In this document: piece by piece, positions 41,973-52,160 of the stretch
How positions within the stretch are numbered: the stretch's first letter is position 1
Layout: each line of letters begins with the position of its first letter
Assembly: GCA_963750165.1 (NCBI GenBank)
Contig: CAVVPN010000011.1
Span: 320,001 to 384,000 of the forward strand
Direction of reading: 5' to 3'
DNA from: an uncultured Gemmataceae bacterium
GTDB taxonomy: Bacteria; Planctomycetota; Planctomycetia; Gemmatales; Gemmataceae
Length of the DNA stretch: 64,000 nt
Made by a program: the position numbers and the translations under genes
Notes under the pieces: generated by a model
Databases searched by the model: none
Seen by the model: the letters and a program-made list of their open reading frames with translations, nothing else
Told to the model about the DNA's origin: nothing

Positions 41973-42842
41973 ATGCTGCGCCGCCGAGTTTCTCAGAACC
42001 GTGCGTTTACCTTGATTGAGTTGCTGGTGGTGATCGCCATCATTGCGATTCTGATCGGGCTGCTCCTGCCCGCCGTCCAGAAGGTCCGGGAAGCTGCGGC
42101 CCGGACCCAGACGATCAACTTCCTGACCCAACTGGGCAAGGCGACCCACAACTTCGCCGGCACCTACGGCACCAAGCTGCCCTACAACGGCACGCCGATC
42201 AACAGTATGCCGCTCAACGGCAAGAGCGTCAGCATCTTCTACCACCTGTTGCCGTTCGTGGAGCAGCAGAATACCTACAATCTGGGCCTGCTCACCGTGC
42301 CCGTGCCAGCGTACTCCACGCCGCAGGACTTCACCGCCTCCGGCACCGGCCTGACCACTACCAACCTCGGCATCGTCAGCTTCGCGGGCAACGCGGCCCT
42401 GTTCAACAGCGGCACCGTCCAGCGCCTGCCCGCCGGCTTCCAGCCGGCCGGCACCTCCAATGTCGTCATGTTCGGCACCGTCTGGGCCGTTTGTGGCAGC
42501 ACGCAGCGGGCCTGGAGCACGCTGTCCGCGTTCACGGCCGTGGGCACCAACAGCCTGGTGAACGGCACCGTCACCTGTTACCAGAGTTCCAACACCGCCT
42601 ACACAATTGTCACCGCCGCCGCCATTACTCCGAACGTGCGGGTGATGCTGCCGCAGGCCAGCAACACGCCGACCGCCTCGTGCAGCCCGACAATGTTGCA
42701 GGCGTTCAGCGCCGGCGCCGCGAACGTGACCATGGGCGACGGTAGCGTCCGCAGCGTCACTTCCTCGGTGACCCAGTTCACCTGGTCGGTGGTCAACAGC
42801 CCGCGGTCCACCGTGCCGCCACCCTCCAACTGGATCGAGTAA
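41973..42842 (+). CDS. Prepilin-type N-terminal cleavage/methylation DUF1559 protein
   Basis: [49 protein letters not shown]. Confidence 0.95.
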   Translation: MLRRRVSQNRAFTLIELLVVIAIIAILIGLLLPAVQKVREAAARTQTINFLTQLGKATHNFAGTYGTKLPYNGTPINSMPLNGKSVSIFYHLLPFVEQQNTYNLGLLTVPVPAYSTPQDFTASGTGLTTTNLGIVSFAGNAALFNSGTVQRLPAGFQPAGTSNVVMFGTVWAVCGSTQRAWSTLSAFTAVGTNSLVNGTVTCYQSSNTAYTIVTAAAITPNVRVMLPQASNTPTASCSPTMLQAFSAGAANVTMGDGSVRSVTSSVTQFTWSVVNSPRSTVPPPSNWIE

Positions 42843-42863
42843 GGAGGCACGGAGCAAGCAATA

Positions 42864-42920
42864 CCAGAACCCGATGACTCAGTTCGCGCGGCCCGCGCGA
42901 ACCGAGCCATCGGGTTCTGG
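42864..42920. terminator. Long hairpin between convergent genes
   Basis: CCAGAACCCGATG...TTCGCGCGG-C-CCGCGCGAA...CATCGGGTTCTGG. Confidence 0.7.
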
Positions 42921-43643
42921 TTATTCGGCAACCGCCTTGATGATGACCTGAAAGCCGAAGTCCTTCTTGATGGCTCCGTGGAAGGGCTCCCAGTAGCTGA
43001 TCCAGAGCGGGTCCAGCGCCGGGTCCGGGGCGAACTCGGCCGACGCCGCCTTGCAGGGCAGCAGACAGTGCGGGTGGCGCACCGCCACGTGAAACACCTG
43101 GTGCAGCGTGAACTTGCCCGGCAGCACCGGTATCACGACCGGCCCTTGCTGGTCGTTGACCGACAGGCTCTGGCCCTGGCTCACCGCATGGGCCGGCGCC
43201 GGCAGCGTGGCCAGCGCCACCGGGCCGCTGCTGACGGTGACGCTGCCGAACTCCTCGGCGACACCGCGGCTGTGCGGTTGGCTGCGCAGCAGGCCGATCA
43301 CCCGCGCCGCCATCACCAGCTTGAGTTTTCTGCCCTCCGGCTTCTCAAGGCCGACCGCGAAGCACTGTGTCAGGTCGAAGTCCTGGGCGGCGATGGAATC
43401 CTTGCAGGGGTGGGCGCCAGCCACCGCGACGCCGGTCATGGTGACGATGAGCGTGTCCGGGGCGGCAATGACCACGTCGATGTTGCCGCCGCCGGTGTGG
43501 TTGAAGCCGTGGCGCGTCGGCACCACCTGACTCTGCCGCTCGAACAGCGAAATGGTCGGCCCGGGCGCGGCGGCCGGCGGTTGGGCCTGGACACTCCCCA
43601 GCGGCAGCGCCAGGGCAAATGCCAGGGCCAGGTATCGTTTCAT
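42921..43643 (-). CDS. Secreted hypothetical protein
   Basis: RBS AGGAGG, signal MKRYLALAFALALPLGSVQA, coding-type codon usage. Confidence 0.8.
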   Translation of the reverse strand: MKRYLALAFALALPLGSVQAQPPAAAPGPTISLFERQSQVVPTRHGFNHTGGGNIDVVIAAPDTLIVTMTGVAVAGAHPCKDSIAAQDFDLTQCFAVGLEKPEGRKLKLVMAARVIGLLRSQPHSRGVAEEFGSVTVSSGPVALATLPAPAHAVSQGQSLSVNDQQGPVVIPVLPGKFTLHQVFHVAVRHPHCLLPCKAASAEFAPDPALDPLWISYWEPFHGAIKKDFGFQVIIKAVAE

Positions 43644-43980
43644 ATCCCATTCCTCCTGAATTCGGCAGTCGGGGATGGCGGCGCGTTGAAGGCGGGCGGC
43701 CGGGCGCGCCGCTTCGGCGCCTGGGGGGCTTCCGCGCCTCGGCCAGCGCATCGGGGGGCGATTCCTGTGGCGCGATTGGCGGTTGGGTATAGTGATGATC
43801 GGCACTTCGGATTTGCCGATTCAGCAAACTTGACCGGATCGTGCGTCGGCAACGCCGGTTTGCAAAATGCAATCTCCGGACGTGCAAAATGCCGGGTTCT
43901 GCTCGCTTTGGTCAAGCACTGATAAACCTGCTGACGTGCAAGTGTCTGCCTGGGGGCGGGTTATGACCGACTCGCCTGGA

Positions 43981-43996
43981 CGGCATGTTGCTTGCA
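43981..43996 (+). promoter_or_regulatory. Putative sigma-54 promoter with no downstream + strand CDS
   Basis: CGGCAT-GTTGC-TTGCA; TGCAAAATGC direct repeats at 43861 and 43883. Confidence 0.55.
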
Positions 43997-44006
43997 TAAA
44001 GGCGGG

Positions 44007-44103
44007 CGGTCTTCCCAATGGAGGGAAGGAGAGAGCGTCCCGTCCGAGGAGAATCGTGGCGGTTGGGCGACGCCTGAGGATCCGAGGGCGGGACGTTTTT
44101 TTC
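44007..44103 (+). ncRNA. Candidate small RNA (GGA-rich, ending in a stem plus U-tract)
   Basis: CTTCCC-AATGGA-GGGAAG hairpin, further GGA motifs, CGTCCCGTCC/GGGCGGGACG stem followed by T7. Confidence 0.35.
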
Positions 44104-44117
44104 CTGGCGTGATGTGG

Positions 44118-44708
44118 TCACCCCTGCTCCGCTGGCCGCTGCACCGCCTTGGTCGCGGCATTGATCTGACCATTGCCACCCTCGGTGTGCGGCACCGGCA
44201 CGTGCAGGCCGGATAGTTTCGTCGCCGCCTCCTTGCGCTTCTGCTCCAGGAACATCATGAACTCGGCCTGTTCCAGCGTCGTCTTGTGGAAGATGAACGT
44301 CCAGAACGGGAAGCTGAAGGTGAAGTAGGTGATCGCCGTGCCGATCATGCGCGCCAGGAAGGGTAGCGCCCAGTGCCGGTCCTCGCTGAAGCCCAATTCC
44401 GTCACCAGGAGGTGGAACAGCAGGATGTTGATGACGAACGCCCAGGTCTCCACGTAGAGGAAGCGCAGCCCCTGGCGGACGACCTGCTTGGAGTGGTCCT
44501 CGAAGGCGAAATACTTGTTGCCGAAGAACATGAACACCAGCCCGGGGATCAGGCTGGGGATGTTGGCGATCTTCTCGGGCACGTGGAACACCAGCATGAG
44601 CACGCCCAGGGTGCTCAGGTCGCAGGCCGTGGCCAGCACGCCGACCAGGCTGCTGCGCATCAAGATCCAGAGCTTTTCCCGCAGTGGAAGTTGGCTGCTG
44701 TCTGCCAT
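44118..44708 (-). CDS. GtrA family membrane protein
   Basis: VGVLATACDL, NKYFAF, four TM segments. Confidence 0.8.
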   Translation of the reverse strand: MADSSQLPLREKLWILMRSSLVGVLATACDLSTLGVLMLVFHVPEKIANIPSLIPGLVFMFFGNKYFAFEDHSKQVVRQGLRFLYVETWAFVINILLFHLLVTELGFSEDRHWALPFLARMIGTAITYFTFSFPFWTFIFHKTTLEQAEFMMFLEQKRKEAATKLSGLHVPVPHTEGGNGQINAATKAVQRPAEQG

Positions 44709-44785
44709 CCCGGTGTCATCCTAAATAGGAGGTAGCCCTGCGCAGCGGGCGGATGTCGGTTTCGTGGGGGGTATTATATGAGCAT

Positions 44786-44870
44786 AGGTCAGAAGTCAGA
44801 AGTCAGAAGTCAGCGCCAGGCCGAAAGCGGCAGAAAAGACAGATTGACTCCTGACTCCTGACTTCTGACT
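44786..44870. repeat. Inverted pair of heptamer arrays (AGTCAGA / TCTGACT)
   Basis: AGGTCAGAAGTCAGAAGTCAGAAGTCAG ... TGACTCCTGACTCCTGACTTCTGACT. Confidence 0.8.
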
Positions 44871-46634
44871 CAGCGTTTGATGACGCAGACGACGCGGAAG
44901 CCGTTGTCGTGGAAACTGCTGGTGGGCGGATTGCTAATGCGATAGGCCGCCCGGCACTCCGTCGGGGTGCTCAGGAAGGAGCCGCCGTGGTGGACGCGGC
45001 TGGTGCCGTTGGCCGGGCCGGGCGGGTCCTGCTTCGGACTCTGGTTGTAGTAGTTGGCGTCGTACCAGTCCTCGCACCACTCCCAGACGTTGCCGTGCAT
45101 GTCATACAGCCCCCAGGCGTTCGCTTTGTACGAGCCGACCTTTGTCGGCCGGCCCAGGCCGCTCATGGAGATGTTGGCGTCGGTGCCGGTGAGGTTGGCG
45201 CCGGTCAGGTACGGCTCCTTGCGGCCCGCCCGACAAGCGTATTCCCACTCCGCCTCGGTCGGCAGCCGGTAGACGCGGCGCGCCTGCTTCTCCGCCGGCA
45301 GCTCCGACAGCCGTTCGCAAAAAGCCCTGGCGTCCTGCCAGGTGACCTTCTCGACCGGCCATTCGTTGGTGTTCATACCGTTGAGGTTGCGGTGCTGGCT
45401 GGGATTGTTGCCCATGACTTTTTCGTACTGGGCCTGGGTGACCTCGTGAGCGCCCATGAAGAACGGCCGGGTGATCGCCACCTCGTGCTGCGGCCCCTCA
45501 TCAACACGGAAGCCCGGCTCGGTGTTGGCCGCCCCCATCAGGAACTTGCCGGCCGGAATCGGCACCAACCGCATGCCCACCGAGTTGGTCAGCACGCCCA
45601 TCTGCTTCGCCAGTTCCGCCTCGAGCTGCTTGCCCAGCTCCTCGTGCCGCTTGGCCACGCGCAGCCTGGTCACTCCCGTCAGCCTGCGGCAGCGCCTTGT
45701 CATACCAGTAATACGCCCGCCGCTGCAACTGGCGCTGCGGCAGTTGCTTCTGCTCGCCGGCCACCCGGTCCCAGGCGTCGGCGAGGGCCACCTGCTGCTT
45801 GACATCCTTCGGCCCGGCCAGATCCTTGGCGGCCAGCGCTTTCAACGTGGCGTCCGTGCCGCGAGTCAGCAACGGCAGACCACGGTCGAAGTTGCCCTTG
45901 ATGACAACCAGGTAACGGCCCAGTTCCAGGTTGGCCTCGGCGTCGTTCTTGTCCTTCTTGAGCCGGTCCACGAACGGCGCCATCCGGCCGAACTCCTTGC
46001 GGGCGGCCTCGACCTCGGTGGCGCGTTTCTTGATGCGGCCCGCCAGTGCGATCTGCCCCTCCTTGACGTGGACGGTTGCCTTCTCCGCTGCGGCCACGAC
46101 CGCCGCTGCCGGAGCGTAGTTGTCCTGGGCAATCATCTCGTCCATGAAGATGAACGCCGCCTCAATCAGCGTCAGTGCCTCCTCGGACGATTTGACGTGA
46201 TCCCCGGCCGTCGCCAGCGTCGCGCCCTTGAGGTCCACGGCATCCACCCGGTAGCGTTTCGCCAGTTCGGTGAGGGCTTCCAGGGCGAGGTGGACATTGC
46301 CGGCGCGGGCCGCCAGCTGGCGGGCGTGCGTGTAAGCCACGAATTGCAGGGCCGGGTCGTCTGTGGTCGCCCGGGCCTCGTCCAGCAGGGAGAGCGCCAG
46401 GGCGGTCGCGGCCGCGGGGTCGTCCCTGGCCTTGTCGTACTTCGCCTTGAACAGGTTGCGGATGAGTGTTTCCGCCTTGCCCTGGGCAGCCTTGTCGGGC
46501 TCGGCGGCGCGCTCCTGCGGGGCCGCGTTGCCCTGGGCGAGCGCCCACAGACCGGGGCCGAGCAGCAGAACCGCCCCCAGCAACAGGAGCGGGACACGGG
46601 ACGGACGCGGGCGGAGATGTTCATCGGGCTGCAT
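44870..46634 (-). CDS. Secreted helical-repeat protein with C-terminal FGE-sulfatase (SUMF1-like) domain; frameshift near 45683
   Basis: TNSVGMRLVPIPAGKFLMG, EVTQAQY, RLPTEAEWEYACRAG, GLYDMHGNVWEW, GFRVV. Confidence 0.85.
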
Positions 46635-46732
46635 GATTACCTCGTCGAGGGCGGAACGCGACGGCGACTCTCACGTCCGATGTTACCCCACCGAGGGACG
46701 GTTGCAAGGGTTTTTCCAGCGCGAAGCGGTGC

Positions 46733-47611
46733 CTACACCGGCGCCGGGCTGGCCGCGTCCGACGTCGCCTGGCCCTGCTGCCGGCGGCGCTCGCGCTCGG
46801 CGATCTCCTCCGGGAACAGCGACCGCACCTTGCGTTTGGCGATGCGATCCGCCAGACGCGGCAAGAAGCGGCTGACCAGCACCATCAGCTTGCCTTTCAG
46901 CGTCAGGCAGATTTCGTGCTTGCCTTTCTCGATGGCCCGCAGCGTCGCTGCCGCCACGTCCTCGGAGGTCATGCCGCGCAGGTGGTCGAGCTGCACCTTC
47001 GCCTTCTGTTCCAGCATGTTTTTGGAAAAGTTGGTCTGCGTCAGCCCCGGGCAGACAACGATCACATCCACGCCATCCTTGGCCAGCTCCGCCCGCAGCG
47101 CTTCGCTGAAGCCCTGCACCGCGAACTTGCTCGCCGAGTATTCGCTCCGCGCCGGGATGCCACGCTTGCCCGCAATCGACGAAATGTTAACCACCGCCGG
47201 CCTGGTGCCGCGCTTCAGCAGCGGCAGGAAGATGCGCGTCGTCTCGGTCAGACCGAAGAAGTTGACTTCCATGATCGTGCGCAGCCGCTCGGCGCTCACG
47301 TCGGCGAAGTGGCCCGTGGCGCCGATGCCGGCGTTGTTGACGAGGATGTCGAGGCCGCCGAAGTGTCGCTCGGCCGCCTCGACCATGCGCCGCCGGTCGT
47401 CCGGACTGGTCACGTCGGCGACGACGGTTTCGAGGACGCCGCCCGCGGCCTTCGCTTCGTCGGCCAGCTCGCGCAGCAGATCTTCTTGCCGCGCCGCCGC
47501 CAGGACGCGGCCGCCACGCCGCGCCGCCAGCAGCGCCAGCGCCCGGCCGATGCCCTGCGAGGCGCCCGTGATCAGAATGCGCCCCCCCTGAATGTTGCGA
47601 CGCTGGCCCAT
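46733..47611 (-). CDS. Short-chain dehydrogenase/reductase (SDR)
   Basis: TGASQGIG, NNAG, YSASK. Confidence 0.95.
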   Translation of the reverse strand: MGQRRNIQGGRILITGASQGIGRALALLAARRGGRVLAAARQEDLLRELADEAKAAGGVLETVVADVTSPDDRRRMVEAAERHFGGLDILVNNAGIGATGHFADVSAERLRTIMEVNFFGLTETTRIFLPLLKRGTRPAVVNISSIAGKRGIPARSEYSASKFAVQGFSEALRAELAKDGVDVIVVCPGLTQTNFSKNMLEQKAKVQLDHLRGMTSEDVAAATLRAIEKGKHEICLTLKGKLMVLVSRFLPRLADRIAKRKVRSLFPEEIAERERRRQQGQATSDAASPAPV

Positions 47612-47773
47612 GACGGCAATCTCCCCGTGGCGGTGTGACAGGTGACCGATTTTTACTTTATCCGGCGGCCGCGTTGCGTGGGAGTTGGACTTGCGGAAAA
47701 CCTGGGAGAAATGGGCAAGGACGGGTGCAAGACCCGCATTGCAAGGGGATTGACGGGCGTAGCGGGGAAACCT

Positions 47774-47815
47774 CGTTTACGTTTCGCGCAGTTGCGCGTG
47801 CGCGAAACGTAAACG
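47774..47815. repeat. Palindrome of the CGTTTACGTTTCGC family
   Basis: CGTTTACGTTTCGCGCA...TGCGCGAAACGTAAACG. Confidence 0.75.
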
Positions 47816-47839
47816 GCGTGCGGGAGGCCCCTACGTGGG

Positions 47840-48133
47840 TTAGCAGCAGTCGCAGTCCTTCGCGTGGGCCTTGAGTTTCTGCTGGCGCTCGTCCTCGTCG
47901 GCGGGCGTGGCGAAGTTGTCCTTGAGGATGTCCTTGAGCAGCAGCGAGCCGGTCCAGACGCCGAGCCAGCCGGCGACGGCGCTGGCCTCGCGATCCTGGG
48001 CGAACACCGCATCCGTGTGTTGCAGGCGCTCCGGGACGGCCATTTCGTGACCCGGTGAGTGGACGGGTTGCTCCACCACGATCACCGCCTGCTTTTGCTG
48101 GGCGTGGCTGAGGGCTGCCAGGGCTTCGATCAT
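47840..48133 (-). CDS. Small hypothetical protein ending in CDCC
   Basis: AGGAG upstream, coding-type codon usage, hydrophobic VAGWLGVWTGSLLL segment. Confidence 0.55.
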   Translation of the reverse strand: MIEALAALSHAQQKQAVIVVEQPVHSPGHEMAVPERLQHTDAVFAQDREASAVAGWLGVWTGSLLLKDILKDNFATPADEDERQQKLKAHAKDCDCC

Positions 48134-48237
48134 CTCTTCCACGGCTCCGCTCCTCATTCCAGGGGACGACGCTTCCATTACCATTCTATCCCAGCATAAG
48201 GCGTCAGTCGGCGCCTCGCCAGGCGGAATTTTCGATT

Positions 48238-49777
48238 TGTCATGGAACAATAGAAATGTCCGCATTTTGGGAACAATAAAAATGTCCGCTGTCACAGGGT
48301 TGTCACTTTTGCTTTTTGAACGGCTGCCGCCAGGGGTGATCTTCGGCTGGACCGCGGCGCCGCTTCGGGGTATCTTCCCCCGCGCCGTCGGGAGGATAGG
48401 GCTCCGCAGGAGTGCGACCCGAGCGCCCGCCGGTCGGCTGCATGCCAGTCGGCTCGGCCCCCTCACCCGGGGCCGGGCTTTCTTCTTCCCCATTGGCATC
48501 GGCCGCCAAGGCGTTAAACTCCGGGGGTCTGAGGGCAGAGCCCCCAGGGCGGCACCCCGCTGGGACCTCCCGGTACTTCAGATAGCGGCCGCCGAAGCGG
48601 ATCGCCAGCTCCCCATCCAGCCGCAGTTCGATCACCACTTTGCCGCCGCGCTGCCCCGGGTAGATCGGCTTGAGCAACTGATAGCAGCGGTTGCGGAAGC
48701 GGATCGTGTAGTCGTTGGCGACCACGCGCTCCTCCTGGAGCGACAGGATCGCCGCCAGGTCGTGCGCCGGCCCCAGCGGCCGGTGCGCGTCGCCGACGTG
48801 CCGCGCCGCCTGGGTGAAGCGGCGGTTGTGCGCGGGCAACAGCCGCTCCAGCACCGCATTGGCCTGCGCAGGTGGTCACCCCCGCCAGGCGCAGTTCCTT
48901 GACCCACCGATCCTGGGCGGTGCCGAACGAGCGCTCGAGCCGCCCCTTGGCCTGCGGGCTGTGGGCGCGGATCAGGCCGATGCCCAGCTCGCGCAGCGCC
49001 CGGCCGAACTGGGTCTCGGCGTCCGGCAAGGCCTTGCCCTTGTCCTGGGGCGCGAAGATGCTGTGCCGGTCGGTGTACAACTCCAACGGCCGGCCGAACC
49101 GGCGCAGCCAGCGGCCCAGCAGGTCCAGGTGCGTCTCGGTCGTGGCCGCCGGGTAGAAGCGCGCCAGCACGCGGCTGGTGGCGTCGTCGATCAAGCTGAT
49201 CAAGACCACCTCCTCGCCGCGCCCCTCGAGCCAGTCGTGGATCGAGGCGTCCATCTGGACCAGCTCGCCGAAGCAGGCGCGCCGAGGCCGGCGGCTGCGG
49301 TGTTGCTCGCGGCGGCGCTGGCGCTGCCACAGGCCGGCGGCCAGCAGCCAGCGGCGCAGCGTCTGCGGGCAGACCACCAGCCCCTCCTGGGCCAGCTTCT
49401 CGCTGGCGAAGGGGGGGCCGAAGTCGGCGTAGCGCTAGCGGTAGGCCCGCAGGACGGCGTGCCGGAGGGCGGCGTCGGCCTGGTGGTTGGAAGGCTGGCC
49501 GCGCAGCCCGTGGACCAGGGCGTCGTCGCCGTGCGCTTCGAGTTTGCGCTGCAGGCGGCGGACCTGGCGGGTGCTGAGGTCGAGCAACCGAGCGGCCTCG
49601 GCCTGGGTGCGCTCGCCGCGCAGGACGCCGTGCATGACCTTGAGGACATCGCGTTCCTTCTGGCTCATGGCGATCCGGTCTGTGGGAAGCACGTCGATAG
49701 GCATGGCTCCTCCTTGGCCTGGGCAAGGAGGACATTTCTATCGCGTTAAGACCGGACATTTCTATTGTCGTTCAACA
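48238..49777 (-). mobile_element. IS1202/ISNCY-type insertion sequence, 1540 bp
   Basis: TGT...ACA ends, each with two ACAATAGAAATGTCC-like subterminal repeats; flanks CGATT/GGATT (imperfect 5-bp TSD). Confidence 0.9.
48303..49704 (-). pseudogene. ISNCY family DDE transposase with an in-frame TAG (49435-49437) and a frameshift near 48868
   Basis: HTH LSTRQVRRL, GELVQMDAS.HDWLEGR, IDDATS, YTDRHSIF, TQFGRAL, SPQAKGRLERSF. Confidence 0.9.
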
Positions 49778-49956
49778 GGATTATTTAGCTACTGTGACAG
49801 GAAATCAGGGAACGTATCATCGCCTGCTCGCGGGAGAACGGCATCGGCGTTCCTGCAAGCCGTGTCCGCCGGACACGTCCGGTTCGGTGGCAGGCGGGGC
49901 TTGTGCAGCCGGCGCCACAGCCCCTGACAGGAGAACGGGCAGCACCGCCCCGTAGC

Positions 49957-51465
49957 TCAAATCCCGTACAGCGGCGCGTACTTCTGCCGCAGATAATTCA
50001 GCAGCGGCCGATGGTCCAGGGCCGCCCCGGTCACGCGCCGGCACAGTTCCTGCGACCGGTATACCTGCCCCGGGCGGTGGACCTGCTCGTTCAGCCACGC
50101 CTTCAGCCGGCCGAATTCGCCGCGGCGGAAGTCGTCCTCCAGCCCCGGCAGGTCCTGCCGCGCCCGCTCCATGAACTGCGCCGCGTACAGGTTGCCAAGC
50201 GTGTACGTCGGGAAGTAGCCGATGCCGCCACTCGACCAGTGTACGTCCTGCAAGCAGCCCAGCGCGTCCGCTGGTGGCGTCATGCCGAAGGATTGCTGGA
50301 ACTTCTCGTTCCACGCCGCCGGCACGTCCCGGACGGCCAGGTCGCCGCTCACCAGCGCCTGCTCCAGCTCGAAGCGCAAAATGATGTGCAGGTTGTAGGT
50401 CGCCTCGTCCGCCTCGACGCGGATGAACGATGGCCGCACGTCGTTGATCGCGAACAGGAAGTCCTCCAGCGCCACATCGTGCAGCGCCTCCACGAACGTC
50501 TGCCGGGCGCGCGGGAAGAAGTGCTCCCAGAACGGCCGGCCGCGGCCGACCTGGTTCTCCCACAACCGCGACTGTGACTCGTGAATGCCCAGCGACGCGG
50601 CACTGCCGGCCGGCGTGCCATAATACTCCGGCTTCAGCCCCTGCTCGTAAATGCCGTGGCCCGCTTCGTGCAGGATGCCGAAAAAGCCCTCATTGAAGTG
50701 GCGAGCGCTGTAGCGCGTCGTCAGCCGGCAGTCGCCGGGGCCGGTGCCGCTGCAAAACGGGTGTGCCGTCACGTCCAGCCGGCCCGCCGTGAAGTCGAAG
50801 CCAATCGCCGCCGCCGCGGACTGGCCGAACAGCTGCTGCCGCTCCACCGGATATTCACGCTCCAGAATCTCCATCCGCGGCCGCTTGCCGCCGGCCACGA
50901 TGGCTCCGATCAATGGCGTCAGTTCCGCTCGCAGCTGGGCGAACAACTGCGTGATCTCCGCGGTGGTCGCCCCCGGCTCGTACTCGTCGAGCAGTGCGTC
51001 GTAGGGCGCCGCCCGGTAGCCGACCGCCTGCGCCTCGCGCCGCTTCAGCGCCACGATCTTCTCCAGCCACGGTGCGAACGCGGCGAAGTCGTTGGCCTTG
51101 CGGGCCGCGCGCCAGACCTGCTGCGCGCGCGTCGCGGTGCGGGCCAGCTCCGCCACCAGATCGGCCGGCAGCTTCACTGCCCGGTCGTAAGCGCGGCGGA
51201 TTTCGCGCAAGTTGCCGGCCGCCACCGCGTCCTTGTCCGGCAGCGTCTCCGCCGTGGCGAGCAGTTCGCCCAGCGCGGGCGCGGTCAACTGCTCGTGCGT
51301 CAGCCGCGCCAGCAATGCCATCTGCTCGGCGCGGTGGGCGGAGCCCTTCGGCGGCATGTACGTCTGCTCGTCCCAGCCGAGTACCTCGGCGCAGGAGCCG
51401 AGCAGCCGCGCCTCCTTGACGCGCTCCAGCAGTTGCGCGTATGCCTGTTCGGCCGTTCGTGACAT
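49957..51465 (-). CDS. Carboxypeptidase Taq (M32 family)
   Basis: HPF, ILHEAGHGIYEQG, GIHESQSRLWEN, IRVEADE, GCLQDVHW, GYFPTYTLG. Confidence 0.96.
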   Translation of the reverse strand: MSRTAEQAYAQLLERVKEARLLGSCAEVLGWDEQTYMPPKGSAHRAEQMALLARLTHEQLTAPALGELLATAETLPDKDAVAAGNLREIRRAYDRAVKLPADLVAELARTATRAQQVWRAARKANDFAAFAPWLEKIVALKRREAQAVGYRAAPYDALLDEYEPGATTAEITQLFAQLRAELTPLIGAIVAGGKRPRMEILEREYPVERQQLFGQSAAAAIGFDFTAGRLDVTAHPFCSGTGPGDCRLTTRYSARHFNEGFFGILHEAGHGIYEQGLKPEYYGTPAGSAASLGIHESQSRLWENQVGRGRPFWEHFFPRARQTFVEALHDVALEDFLFAINDVRPSFIRVEADEATYNLHIILRFELEQALVSGDLAVRDVPAAWNEKFQQSFGMTPPADALGCLQDVHWSSGGIGYFPTYTLGNLYAAQFMERARQDLPGLEDDFRRGEFGRLKAWLNEQVHRPGQVYRSQELCRRVTGAALDHRPLLNYLRQKYAPLYGI

Positions 51466-51541
51466 CGCTGCCTCCTGGTAATCGGGCGACGGTCCCGCAG
51501 GTATTGTTTCAGGCGCGCGGCGGCGTGTCCACGGGGTCGCT

Positions 51542-51571
51542 TTGTGGGACGGCTCTCCAGAGCCGTCCCAC
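51542..51571. repeat. REP-like palindrome
   Basis: GTGGGACGGCTCTCCAGAGCCGTCCCAC; the same core recurs at 56932-56982. Confidence 0.75.
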
Positions 51572-51627
51572 GAAGGTGATTCGCTGCCCCTACCACTACC
51601 GGGATGCACCCTGTCCACGGTATCGGG

Positions 51628-51657
51628 TTGACTTCGGCCCGTCAGGGAGCGTATAGT
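51628..51657 (+). promoter_or_regulatory. Putative sigma-70 promoter
   Basis: TTGACT, 18 bp spacer, TATAGT. Confidence 0.55.
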
Positions 51658-51784
51658 TTGAGTGGACGATGATGAAGAAAACACAGGAGCGGCCGGAAAT
51701 CCCAACCGGTGGCTCCTGTTTTTTCGCGCGCCGGCAGACGCGGTTCCGGCGCGTCTCATGCCAACCTTACCAGGGGAGGTCGTC

Positions 51785-52054
51785 ATGTCGGAGAACATCC
51801 GGTCCTGCGAAATCTGCGGTCAGCCCATCGACCCCGAGCGGTTGGAGGCGGTCCCCGAAACCCGGCTGTGCATCGAGCACGCTCGTCAGATCGAAAAGCA
51901 CGGCAATGAGTTTTCCCGGAAAGTCGGGTTGGAACGGACCTCCAAGGAAGGCAGCCTCAAAAAGAACTACGGCGGCATCCACACAAGCAAGACGCGCAAC
52001 CACCAGGCCATGCGGAAACTGCGGGAAGAATACCTCCGCGGACAGAGCGAGTGA
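51785..52054 (+). CDS. TraR/DksA-type zinc finger protein
   Basis: CEICGQPIDPERLEAVPETRLCIEH; RBS GGGGAGG. Confidence 0.85.
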   Translation: MSENIRSCEICGQPIDPERLEAVPETRLCIEHARQIEKHGNEFSRKVGLERTSKEGSLKKNYGGIHTSKTRNHQAMRKLREEYLRGQSE

Positions 52055-52160
52055 TCGCGACGGCGCAGCAAGAAGACCCAGGCAAGACACGCTCCCTCGG
52101 GCTACAATAACCGGAACGCTCGCCCATTGCGCCGGCGGCCTGGAGCCCGAGGGAGGTCTC

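Noticed and set aside
49778..49810. dif/xrs site next to the IS
   Set aside because: Only ATTTA matches a Xer arm; there is no second arm at 6-bp spacing
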